Part shown: positions 18,013 through 25,897 of the stretch, one piece after another
How positions within the stretch are numbered: position 1 is the stretch's first letter
Layout of the letters: the number at the start of each line of letters is the position of its first letter
Source: a virus
Taxonomy: Duplodnaviria; Caudoviricetes
DNA length: 59,205 nt
Virus record (IMG/VR): IMGVR_UViG_3300032242_000711
Coordinates: 1 to 59,205 of that record
Direction: 5' to 3' (one strand)
Program-made: the position numbers and the translations under genes
Notes under the pieces: model-generated
The model's input: only the letters and a program-made list of their open reading frames with translations
Told to the model about the DNA's origin: nothing
The model's database searches: none

Positions 18013-18180
18013 ATGAAGAGTTATTTAGTGGAAGTAAAGCGTACAAGCTACATCACTATGACCGTGGAGGCTGGCGATAAGGACGAGGCCGAAGCAAAAG
18101 CGTGGCATGAAATTGAGTATGGTCGTGCCGACATCAACGATGCCCATTGGGAACTTGAATCAATTGAGGAGCAATCATGA
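18013..18180 (+). CDS. small protein, DpnD/PcfM-like
   Basis: Read by hand: MKSYLVEVKRTSYITMTVEAGDKDEAEAKAW...; AGGAG RBS. Confidence 0.65.
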   Translation: MKSYLVEVKRTSYITMTVEAGDKDEAEAKAWHEIEYGRADINDAHWELESIEEQS

Positions 18181-19106
18181 AACATTCAGCAACCCGTAGC
18201 TACGAGTTCTACAAAGCCAAGTGGGACAACACCAAACCTATTCGTGGTCGTGCCGAGGACGTGCGGCCTATAGGTAACCGCAAGCGTACTCATGAACTGG
18301 TTACGCAAAAGAAGTTGCTCAGTGGTGAGGTAAGTTACTGCGCCGTGATGCATGGCACTGAGGTTGTGGAGTACCACAACAATGGCGACATCACCCTGCG
18401 AACTGGTGGTTGGGCCACGCCATTGACCGCTGAGTATATGTACACGCACAGTCCGTTCGGTGCATGGAAGCAAGCCGGTAAGATTTGGGTGAAGGTTCCG
18501 CACGCTGGCTCGGTGCATCCAGACAGCAAGCTATTTGTGGACAAGGAACACAAGTTCATACCCATCGACCGAGAGTTGACCCTGCGGTATGTGGGTGACG
18601 AGTGCTATGAGGTTGTCGGCAAGAAGACCATAACCAAAGAAGTTGTGGATCGTGCGAAGGCCAAGGAGGCCCGCCAATGTGTGCAACCGTTCTTAACATG
18701 GGCCAAGGCGTTCTTGAAAATGTCCGATGGTTGGATCATGCATGAGACACGCAGGGAGTTGCTTACCTTTACGCAAGGCGATGGGTGGCCGCACTTTGAG
18801 TACAAATACCTCAAGTATGAGGACGTGTGCGATGCGGACCCTGAGAACTACGCATGGATCATGTGCCAAGTATTGAGGTGCGATGACTCGGTTCCTCACA
18901 TAGAGCAAAAAATTGCGGCCACGTACGAGTACCACTACACGATGGACAACAAAATAGTTCACACACATTCGCGTAGCTTCTACGACAGGCAGTATGACTT
19001 CAACCAATTAGTAACACGTGTTTATAAATTGGTTGCGTTGGGTGCCGACATACACAGGTACATAGAAGTTGAACCAACCAGCAAGATTGTGTGGAACGCC
19101 GTTTGA
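18177..19106 (+). CDS. hypothetical protein
   Basis: 309-aa ORF, GAGGAG RBS; no motif recognised. Confidence 0.8.
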   Translation: MKHSATRSYEFYKAKWDNTKPIRGRAEDVRPIGNRKRTHELVTQKKLLSGEVSYCAVMHGTEVVEYHNNGDITLRTGGWATPLTAEYMYTHSPFGAWKQAGKIWVKVPHAGSVHPDSKLFVDKEHKFIPIDRELTLRYVGDECYEVVGKKTITKEVVDRAKAKEARQCVQPFLTWAKAFLKMSDGWIMHETRRELLTFTQGDGWPHFEYKYLKYEDVCDADPENYAWIMCQVLRCDDSVPHIEQKIAATYEYHYTMDNKIVHTHSRSFYDRQYDFNQLVTRVYKLVALGADIHRYIEVEPTSKIVWNAV

Positions 19107-19140
19107 TTGGCGTTGACAAATACGAAAGTTTTTGTAACGC

Positions 19141-19169
19141 TTGACATAGGGTTAGCCCTATGCTATAAT
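19141..19169 (+). promoter_or_regulatory. consensus sigma70 promoter with palindromic spacer
   Basis: TTGACA-17-TATAAT with TG extension; CATAGGG-TTAG-CCCTATG lies inside it. Confidence 0.92.
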
Positions 19170-19255
19170 GTTTATAACAGTGGTAAAGTAACCAACTGTT
19201 AGACGAGGTAGAAGTTTTATTAACCGCTGTTAATCAGCAACAAGGAGAGTGCATC

Positions 19256-20329
19256 ATGTCAGTTATCAACTTTGGCCAGTCAGTGGCCTTGAATGAGTTT
19301 GCCCAAGCCATCAGCGTTGTGGGTAAGAAAGTAACAGTTATCGGCCAAGGCGAGCCGGGCATCGGCAAGTCAGCGATGCTTAAACAAATTAAGGCGCAAA
19401 ACCCCGAGTACGAGACAGCGTACATCGACTGCACCTTGCTTGATCTGGGTGACTTTGCGTTGCCCTACACGGTCGAGGCTGGCGGTATGCGTGTTACTAA
19501 GTTTGCACCGAACGCTCGGTTCAAGATGCATGGAGACAAGCCGGTCATCATCATGCTTGACGAGATCGGCAAGGCAATGAAGGCCGTGAAGAATGTGCTG
19601 TTGACTCTCATGCTGGAACATCGCATCGGTGATGACTACTTGCCCGAGGGTTCGATTGTGTTCGGCACGACTAACTTGTTGTCAGATGGTGTCGGGGATA
19701 TGCTCGAGGCCCATGCTCGCAATCGTGTGGCCTTGGTCACTGTGCGCAAGCCTGACCATGATGAGTGGATCGAGTGGGCAATCAACAACAACGTTGCGCC
19801 CGAGATCATTGCATGGGTCAAGCAGTTCCCTCATGCACTGGCAAGCTACACCGACCCAAGTCAGAAAGAGAATCCCTACATCTTCAACCCAACTCGTGCG
19901 GGGATGGGCGCGGTGGTTACACCAAGAAGTTTAGAGAAAGCTAGCGACATAGCAAAACAAAGGGATACGCTTGGTGATGCGTTGACCATTAGCTTGTTGA
20001 CAGGAACCATCGGTGAGAGTGCGGCCCGTGATATGCAAGCGTTCTTTACGGTGGTCGATAAGTTGCCCACGTGGGATGCGATCCTTGCATCGCCAACGAC
20101 AGCGAAGATGCCAACCGATGCGGTCGCAAGATGCATCTTGGTGTTCAGTGCTATCGCTCGGATCGAGAAGGACACGCTGTCCAAGTGGATGCAATACGTC
20201 CAGCGTATGGACAAAGAGTGGCAGGCGCTGTTTGCAACGAGTGTGATGAAGTCACCAAACAAGCAAGCGTTCTGTGTGATGAACAAAGAGTTCAAGGAAT
20301 GGGCACTGACCAACCAGTGGTTGTTCTGA
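19256..20329 (+). CDS. AAA+ ATPase (MoxR/dynein-related)
   Basis: Walker A GEPGIGKS, Walker B IIMLDE, sensor TN, NR, TPRS. Confidence 0.88.
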   Translation: MSVINFGQSVALNEFAQAISVVGKKVTVIGQGEPGIGKSAMLKQIKAQNPEYETAYIDCTLLDLGDFALPYTVEAGGMRVTKFAPNARFKMHGDKPVIIMLDEIGKAMKAVKNVLLTLMLEHRIGDDYLPEGSIVFGTTNLLSDGVGDMLEAHARNRVALVTVRKPDHDEWIEWAINNNVAPEIIAWVKQFPHALASYTDPSQKENPYIFNPTRAGMGAVVTPRSLEKASDIAKQRDTLGDALTISLLTGTIGESAARDMQAFFTVVDKLPTWDAILASPTTAKMPTDAVARCILVFSAIARIEKDTLSKWMQYVQRMDKEWQALFATSVMKSPNKQAFCVMNKEFKEWALTNQWLF

Positions 20330-20346
20330 TTAACAGGAGTTAATAA

Positions 20347-21549
20347 ATGGCTAGCAAATTAACAGTCGAGCAACGTATCCAGAAGGATCACGTGTGGCTC
20401 ATGAAGAACCCGAAGTATTGCCTGTATTCAGGCATCTTGATGATCGGTAAGACCGAGGTCAAGGACGATGTGCAGACAGCTTGCACCAACGGACGCGATA
20501 CCTTTTATGGTCGGGCGTTCAGCGACAAGCTATCGGACAAGGAACGCAGAGGCATGATCTTGCATGAGAATTTGCACAAGGCGTTCAGGCACACAACCAT
20601 GTGGAAACATCTCTACAAGGACTGGCCGCAAGTGGCAAACATGGCGTGTGATTATGTTATCAACCTGTTAATAAATGACAGCGATACAGGTCATGTCGAT
20701 GTCAAGCTACCTGATGGTGGGTTGCTTGATGAGAAGTTCCGTGGGCTTGATGCCGGTGAGGTATTCCGCAGACTTAAAAAGGAAGCGGAGGACAACGGGT
20801 CTATCAACGTGAAGACTATTGATAACCCCGAGGGTCGAGACGTGCCGGTCGAGGAGGGCGGTGGGTTTGACGATCATGATTGGGAGAGCGCAGAAGGGAT
20901 GACCAACGAAGAGCGCGAGACACTTGCACGTGACGTGGACCAAGCGTTGCGCCAAGGTGCGATTCTAGCTGGAAAGATGTCTGCCAATGTGCCCCGAGAG
21001 ATTGAAGAGCTTACCGAAGCCAAGGTGGATTGGCGTGAAGCCATGCGTGAGTTCGTGACATCGTTTTGTCAGGACAAGGACGAGAGCACATGGCGGCGGC
21101 CATCCCGTAGGTGGATCGGACAAGATGTTTATATGCCTAGCTTGATCGGTGAGTCCGTCGGTCGCATCGTGTTGGGTATTGATATGTCAGGCTCGATTGG
21201 CCGTGAGGAGATCAGCGAGTTCTTATCCGAGGTCAAGAAGATTTGCGAGACTGTGCGGCCCGAGGGTATCGACTTGTTGTATTGGGACACAGACGTGTGT
21301 CAGCATGAGAAGTATGAACAAGACCAACTGGACAACTTGTTGTCAACAACCAAGCCCCGAGGCGGTGGTGGGACTGACCCGCAATGCATCGTGGACTACG
21401 TGATCGACAAGAAGATCAAGGCCGAGTGTGCGGTCATCTTGACCGATGGCTACGTGAGTTCGTGGGGTCAAGGTTGGCCATGCCCTACGTTGTGGGGTAT
21501 CACAACCGATATGGTCAGCGGCATTGGTAAGACGGTGCACATTGGCTAA
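20347..21549 (+). CDS. DUF2201-like metallopeptidase plus VWA domain protein
   Basis: TACTNG, HENLH (HExxH), N.ACDYVIN, MIDAS DMSGS, GGGGT, LTDG. Confidence 0.85.
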   Translation: MASKLTVEQRIQKDHVWLMKNPKYCLYSGILMIGKTEVKDDVQTACTNGRDTFYGRAFSDKLSDKERRGMILHENLHKAFRHTTMWKHLYKDWPQVANMACDYVINLLINDSDTGHVDVKLPDGGLLDEKFRGLDAGEVFRRLKKEAEDNGSINVKTIDNPEGRDVPVEEGGGFDDHDWESAEGMTNEERETLARDVDQALRQGAILAGKMSANVPREIEELTEAKVDWREAMREFVTSFCQDKDESTWRRPSRRWIGQDVYMPSLIGESVGRIVLGIDMSGSIGREEISEFLSEVKKICETVRPEGIDLLYWDTDVCQHEKYEQDQLDNLLSTTKPRGGGGTDPQCIVDYVIDKKIKAECAVILTDGYVSSWGQGWPCPTLWGITTDMVSGIGKTVHIG

Positions 21550-21763
21550 CGAGAAGTATGGCTACGGCTGGTCTGATTTCCGTGGCATGTATGACAACGT
21601 GTCGGACTTTTTTGTTTACCGCAAGGTAGCGCAAGATGTCCAACCGTGGTACAGACTGAAGCGGATGCGCAAGTACCGCATCATGTGGGGCACTAGGGTG
21701 ATCGGGTCCGACCTAACGAGCGACGAGGCTGATGCCTTGTTGAAGATTCTGCAAACAGATTAA
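21542..21763 (+). CDS. hypothetical protein
   Basis: Fills the gap in the operon; start uncertain. Confidence 0.5.
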   Translation: MANEKYGYGWSDFRGMYDNVSDFFVYRKVAQDVQPWYRLKRMRKYRIMWGTRVIGSDLTSDEADALLKILQTD

Positions 21764-21776
21764 CAGGTGTTAACAA

Positions 21777-22013
21777 ATGCGCAAGCAATGGTTTGACAGC
21801 CGAGCTGACGATGGTCAGTATTTCACAATCGTTATGAGAGAAGAAAGGAGATACAACATCAACATGTGGGCAACTGAAATCCGTATATGGTACGAGCCGA
21901 TCAGCTTTGCAAGTGCGAAGCACAAGAGCAAAGCCATGTACGGAGTGATGACAAAAGACGAAGCCATAGCTATGGCTAAATTACTTAACGCAACAGTAGG
22001 AGAGAGCAAATGA
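21777..22013 (+). CDS. hypothetical protein
   Basis: 78 aa, preceded by the palindrome. Confidence 0.65.
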   Translation: MRKQWFDSRADDGQYFTIVMREERRYNINMWATEIRIWYEPISFASAKHKSKAMYGVMTKDEAIAMAKLLNATVGESK

Positions 22014-22879
22014 TTCAGAACAGTGCAATGTTGGTTGACTTGAACATCAGCGTATGGACAGGTCGCAAGATGGACAAGAAAGTATCCGATGAGATCGGAG
22101 TGAGCAAGAACGCCAAGGGGCGGGTGGGCAACTATCATAAAAGTTTGCTCGGGCATGAGGGGCGGCTGGCTGATTTGCAAAAGCTGGTGTCGGCCATTCG
22201 CATTTGGCATTACGAGCAAACGTTGCCGTGGTCGGATGGTGGTTCACGCTTACTGCCAATGAAAAACTTCTTTGACTACAAGGCTACGTTGGCTAACTAC
22301 CAAACGCAGTTTGAAGAAGCCGTGGAATCGTTCTTGAAAGAGTACCCCATTCTGGTAAGTGCGGCGGCATTTCAGTTGGGTGATTTGTTTGACAGTGAGG
22401 AATACCCCGAAGCCCACAAGCTCGAAAGCAAGTTCAAGTTCAAGTACGTGTTCTTGCCTGTGCCCGAGGTGGGCGACTTCCGCATCGACGTAAGCGAAGC
22501 AGGAAAGGCTGAACTGAAAGAACAGTACGAGAAGTTTTACAGTGACAAGCTAGGCGAAGCCATGCAAGACGCATGGGACAGGTTGCATGAGTGCGTGGCG
22601 CGTATGAGTGACAAGCTGGCTAACACCCCGACACCCCGAGTGGGCAAGGACGGTGAAGAAAAGCACGTGCAGATTTTCCGTGACTCACTTGTCAACAATG
22701 CTGTGGACTTGTGCGAGTTGCTGACCAAGCTGAACGTGACCAACGACCCCAAGCTGGAGCAAGCACGCAAGAAGTTGGAGAGCGCGGTCAGTGGTGTGAG
22801 TGCCAAGGAGTTGCGTGAGAATGATTACTTGCGGCTTGGTGTCAAGGCCGAGGTCGATAAGATTCTGTCGATGTTCTGA
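22010..22879 (+). CDS. DUF3150-like protein
   Basis: LV.L.IS.WTGRK.D...TLPW...YP......KF pattern; helical C-terminus; neighbour of AAA/VWA genes. Confidence 0.6.
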   Translation: MIQNSAMLVDLNISVWTGRKMDKKVSDEIGVSKNAKGRVGNYHKSLLGHEGRLADLQKLVSAIRIWHYEQTLPWSDGGSRLLPMKNFFDYKATLANYQTQFEEAVESFLKEYPILVSAAAFQLGDLFDSEEYPEAHKLESKFKFKYVFLPVPEVGDFRIDVSEAGKAELKEQYEKFYSDKLGEAMQDAWDRLHECVARMSDKLANTPTPRVGKDGEEKHVQIFRDSLVNNAVDLCELLTKLNVTNDPKLEQARKKLESAVSGVSAKELRENDYLRLGVKAEVDKILSMF

Positions 22880-22896
22880 TTAACAGGAGTTAATAA

Positions 22897-23100
22897 ATGC
22901 CAAATGATCTTGATGCAATGCTAGAGATGGCGACAAGCATCGCCATTGTGCTTGGGTTCCTTGTGTTTATTTGCCTGTGTGCGTGGATGTTCCCAACCAT
23001 GACCGAAGCTAAACGAGTGGACTGCGCAATGGCTGAGTTCAGTCCTGACGTAAGTCTTGAAATCAAACAACTGTGCCGAGAGGCGAGGAGTAAGAAATGA
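22897..23100 (+). CDS. small membrane protein
   Basis: TM segment IAIVLGFLVFICLCAW followed by C..AEFSPD. Confidence 0.7.
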   Translation: MPNDLDAMLEMATSIAIVLGFLVFICLCAWMFPTMTEAKRVDCAMAEFSPDVSLEIKQLCREARSKK

Positions 23101-23258
23101 ACCTGAACCAAGGCGCAGTGGCGCAACATTTGGTTGATGACTTGCTTGACAAGATTCACCAGTACGACGAAACGCTCTACATGTCCACGGTGATTGGTGT
23201 GTTGGAGATCGTCAAGCAACAACTGATTAACGATTCACTGGAGGATGCAGATGAGTAA
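23097..23258 (+). CDS. hypothetical protein
   Basis: 53 aa read by hand (...STVIGVLEIVKQQLI...); GAGGAG RBS. Confidence 0.65.
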   Translation: MNLNQGAVAQHLVDDLLDKIHQYDETLYMSTVIGVLEIVKQQLINDSLEDADE

Positions 23259-23475
23259 AAAAATGACAGACTGGTTCCCGCCAAACATCAAGCCCGTACA
23301 TGAAGGCGTGTATGAGGTTCGCTTTGTGTACAAAACCTTTGGAAAGTTGTACGCAAGGTGGGATGGCAACAAGTGGTCAAACTCATCATGGCTTTTAACA
23401 GGTTTACACCTTAAAGAATTTAAAGGCGCAGAGCAGAAAAAACTCTGGCGCGGGTTTACGAAGGAGCAGAAATGA
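23251..23475 (+). CDS. hypothetical protein
   Basis: TDWFP..IKPV..GVYEV...WDG..W...WRG; GGAGG RBS. Confidence 0.7.
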   Translation: MSKKMTDWFPPNIKPVHEGVYEVRFVYKTFGKLYARWDGNKWSNSSWLLTGLHLKEFKGAEQKKLWRGFTKEQK

Positions 23476-23537
23476 CTGAACGCAAGTGGCCCGACAACTG
23501 GCCTTTTCCCCCATACCCATTACGAGGTGAAGCATGA
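23472..23537 (+). CDS. 21-aa micro-protein (WPFP)
   Basis: MTERKWPDNWPFPPYPLRGEA; AAGGAG RBS, ATGA-coupled. Confidence 0.45.
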   Translation: MTERKWPDNWPFPPYPLRGEA

Positions 23538-23629
23538 AACGACAAACCAAACTTGAGATTGCCGTAGCGGTGCTGTGTACCGTGTGTTCGTCAATGATCG
23601 CATGGAGGTTCTATGAGTGGATGGCGTAA
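23534..23629 (+). CDS. 31-aa hydrophobic micro-protein
   Basis: MKRQTKLEIAVAVLCTVCSSMIAWRFYEWMA; GAGGT RBS. Confidence 0.45.
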   Translation: MKRQTKLEIAVAVLCTVCSSMIAWRFYEWMA

Positions 23630-24635
23630 ACGAACCATTATGGAGATGGCGCGGGAGGCTGGCGCTATTGAAATGCGTGATAACGATTCAATGGGTTGGG
23701 GTTGTGAGTTTGAGTTACATCAACTTGAAGCCTTTGCCAAGCTGGTGCGTGAAGATGCTTTGGCACAGCCAGAACCTGTGCAGGAGCCATCAGGTTTTTT
23801 TCGCAGAGAAGACGCATGTGGCGATGAAGTTGGGCCGCCTGTCCCGTACTACCTCACGCCACCAGCACCTGTGCAGGAATGGATGAAGCCGAACCCTAAG
23901 TGCGACGAAGCGTGCCTGTTTCAATGCACAAAAGGGTTTACACAGTTTCCCGAGTGTGCCGCCACCCCACCCGCACAACCAGCACCCGGAGACATCCGAG
24001 CTTTGAAGCATCGCATTCATGAGCTTGAAGGCGAGGTTTTGGGCTACAAGCAGATGTTTGATCTCGCAGAAGAAAAGTTTAAGGGAGCACCTGTGCCAAA
24101 TGGATGGAAATTGGTTCCTGTGGAGCCGACAAGAGAAATGTGGACAGCCGTTAACAAACTGGACGATCAATGCGCGGCAGGTAACTATGACGGCAAAGGA
24201 TGCTCTATTCAGCAGGCGTGGAATTGTTTGCTTGACGCTGCACCTACCCCACCCGCACAGCCAGCACCTGTGCAGGAGCCTGTGGGGTGGATGGAAATGG
24301 TCGTAACAAACCTTGTGCGCGAAGGCGTTAACAAACATAAAGCGCGTGCGCTTGCAGAGCATTTTTATACTACCCCACCCGCACAGCCAGCACCGTACAT
24401 AGCTGTATCAAACGACCGCATGACTATTGACCCGCACACAGGCTATGTAAGCATTGGCACTGTGGCACAGCGCACATGGGTTGGTTTGTCGGATGAGGAG
24501 GCAGATGAAATATACGCCTCTGTACAGGAAGAAGTTAACGAGCATTGGGACAAGGGTGGCACAACCATGATGTTCCCCTTGACGTTATACAAAGCGATTG
24601 AAACCAGACTTAAGGACAAGAACAATGCCGCTTAA
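23613..24635 (+). CDS. mosaic protein of short modules joined by TPPAQPAPVQEP linkers
   Basis: Five related linker copies at both protein and DNA level. Confidence 0.8.
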   Translation: MSGWRKRTIMEMAREAGAIEMRDNDSMGWGCEFELHQLEAFAKLVREDALAQPEPVQEPSGFFRREDACGDEVGPPVPYYLTPPAPVQEWMKPNPKCDEACLFQCTKGFTQFPECAATPPAQPAPGDIRALKHRIHELEGEVLGYKQMFDLAEEKFKGAPVPNGWKLVPVEPTREMWTAVNKLDDQCAAGNYDGKGCSIQQAWNCLLDAAPTPPAQPAPVQEPVGWMEMVVTNLVREGVNKHKARALAEHFYTTPPAQPAPYIAVSNDRMTIDPHTGYVSIGTVAQRTWVGLSDEEADEIYASVQEEVNEHWDKGGTTMMFPLTLYKAIETRLKDKNNAA

Positions 24636-24810
24636 ACCACACCCAACAGACCCAGACAAGATGGTCTATTACAGCCGCCAGTACGACCTGCCACAGCGCA
24701 CATGGGTAGGCCTGACGGACAAAGAACTGGAAGAATTTTCAGATGCCGAGCTTGGGTCGTATGACCTGTGCCTCGAAGTCGAAGCCAAATTAAAGGAGCG
24801 CAACACATGA
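24625..24810 (+). CDS. small protein (QRTWVGLT..E family)
   Basis: Shares QRTWVGL.D.E and a (I/V)E.(R/K)LK.(K/R)N end with the preceding gene. Confidence 0.7.
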   Translation: MPLKPHPTDPDKMVYYSRQYDLPQRTWVGLTDKELEEFSDAELGSYDLCLEVEAKLKERNT

Positions 24811-24953
24811 GATTTAGCGTCAAACTTTTTAAAGTTCGGTACGTTTTGAAAGTGTATTTTCCACCTGAGCGGTACATCAAATGGTTGCCAGCAATATTTT
24901 GGGCAAAAGTTGGCCCTGTAACAGTTCCAAAAGATAAGAACAATGCAAATTGA
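24807..24953 (+). CDS. hypothetical protein
   Basis: 48 aa, AAGGAG RBS, ATGA-coupled. Confidence 0.55.
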   Translation: MRFSVKLFKVRYVLKVYFPPERYIKWLPAIFWAKVGPVTVPKDKNNAN

Positions 24954-25140
24954 TACAGACATGAGCGCGATTGACAAAGCCATTGCAGACGCATTGACAT
25001 GCGGCACAGGGGTCATGAAGTTCAACTTCACAAATGGGTTGGTACTGTGTGACCATGTGCCAATCAAAGACTTCTTGCAATTCAGCGAAGAACTGAAATG
25101 GCGTTCAGAAATCTCTACTCATGAGGAGAAGAACGGATGA
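24943..25140 (+). CDS. hypothetical protein
   Basis: 65 aa (DAL..GTGVMK), ends THEEKNG. Confidence 0.65.
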   Translation: MQIDTDMSAIDKAIADALTCGTGVMKFNFTNGLVLCDHVPIKDFLQFSEELKWRSEISTHEEKNG

Positions 25141-25358
25141 AAGTACACCACCTGAAAGATTGGGATGCCACTGCCATGCTCACCCATGCAATAGAACGCA
25201 TAGCGCCAGATCAGTCTTGCATTGTGCTGTTTTATGAAGACGATGAGCTGAAAACACTTTCGTCGCACGTAGACAACCAACATGCCGTATGGATGTACGA
25301 ACTGGCAAAGCTGGTCGTACTGCATCAATGTATTACTCATGAGGAGAAGAACACATGA
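25137..25358 (+). CDS. hypothetical protein
   Basis: 73 aa, ends THEEKNT. Confidence 0.7.
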   Translation: MKVHHLKDWDATAMLTHAIERIAPDQSCIVLFYEDDELKTLSSHVDNQHAVWMYELAKLVVLHQCITHEEKNT

Positions 25359-25534
25359 TCGTCACCAAGGTCCGTGGCCAGGAAAAAGTCGGCAAGATTC
25401 TGATATCTGCATCTGAGGCACATGTCGCCAAGAGCTTGGGCCTACCGGTCGAGAAGTACATCAAGCTCCTGCTCGCCGACATTGCCAAGAAGCGCAGGTG
25501 GAAATGGTATTTCAAACAGCAGGAGAACACATGA
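25355..25534 (+). CDS. 59-aa protein resembling the scaffold C-terminus
   Basis: Read by hand: MIVTKVRGQEKVGKILISASEAHVAKSLGLPVEKYIKLLLADIAKKRRWKWYFKQQENT; GAGGAG RBS, coupled at both ends. Confidence 0.7.
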   Translation: MIVTKVRGQEKVGKILISASEAHVAKSLGLPVEKYIKLLLADIAKKRRWKWYFKQQENT

Positions 25535-25710
25535 TTCTGACGCCCGAAGAAGATGAAGAATTCAACCGCATCGAGCGCGAATCTATCGCGCGCAAGATGA
25601 CGGTGGCCTACAACCTCAAGATGCAGCGCATGCGCGAAGAGGTCCCTGCAGGCATTCCATTTATCACCCCTGAAGAACTGCAAGAGTTTTTGAAAGACAT
25701 AGATGACTGA
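25531..25710 (+). CDS. hypothetical protein
   Basis: MILTPEEDEEFNRIERE...; AGGAG RBS. Confidence 0.7.
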   Translation: MILTPEEDEEFNRIERESIARKMTVAYNLKMQRMREEVPAGIPFITPEELQEFLKDIDD

Positions 25711-25876
25711 GCATCCCTATTCACCTTTTTTGTGGAAACAAGATCCCCGTCCGAGCATCATCCTGCAGGACAAGAACATCAAGGCATCAGAGACTGCACG
25801 CCGTCAAGGGCATCGGTCAAAGAACATTTCGTTCACGACCTATTCAAAAGCGCGGGTCGCCCCCAAAAGCAAGTAA
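25703..25876 (+). CDS. small basic hypothetical protein
   Basis: 57 aa read by hand (MTEHPYSPFLWKQDPRPSI...); fills the operon gap. Confidence 0.5.
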   Translation: MTEHPYSPFLWKQDPRPSIILQDKNIKASETARRQGHRSKNISFTTYSKARVAPKSK

Positions 25877-25897
25877 CCAATTTTAAGGAGAGTGCAA

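Noticed and set aside
16847-22899. CRISPR array reading of the TTAACAGGAGTTAA repeats
   Set aside because: Copies are 1-2.5 kb apart and separated by genes; no cas operon.
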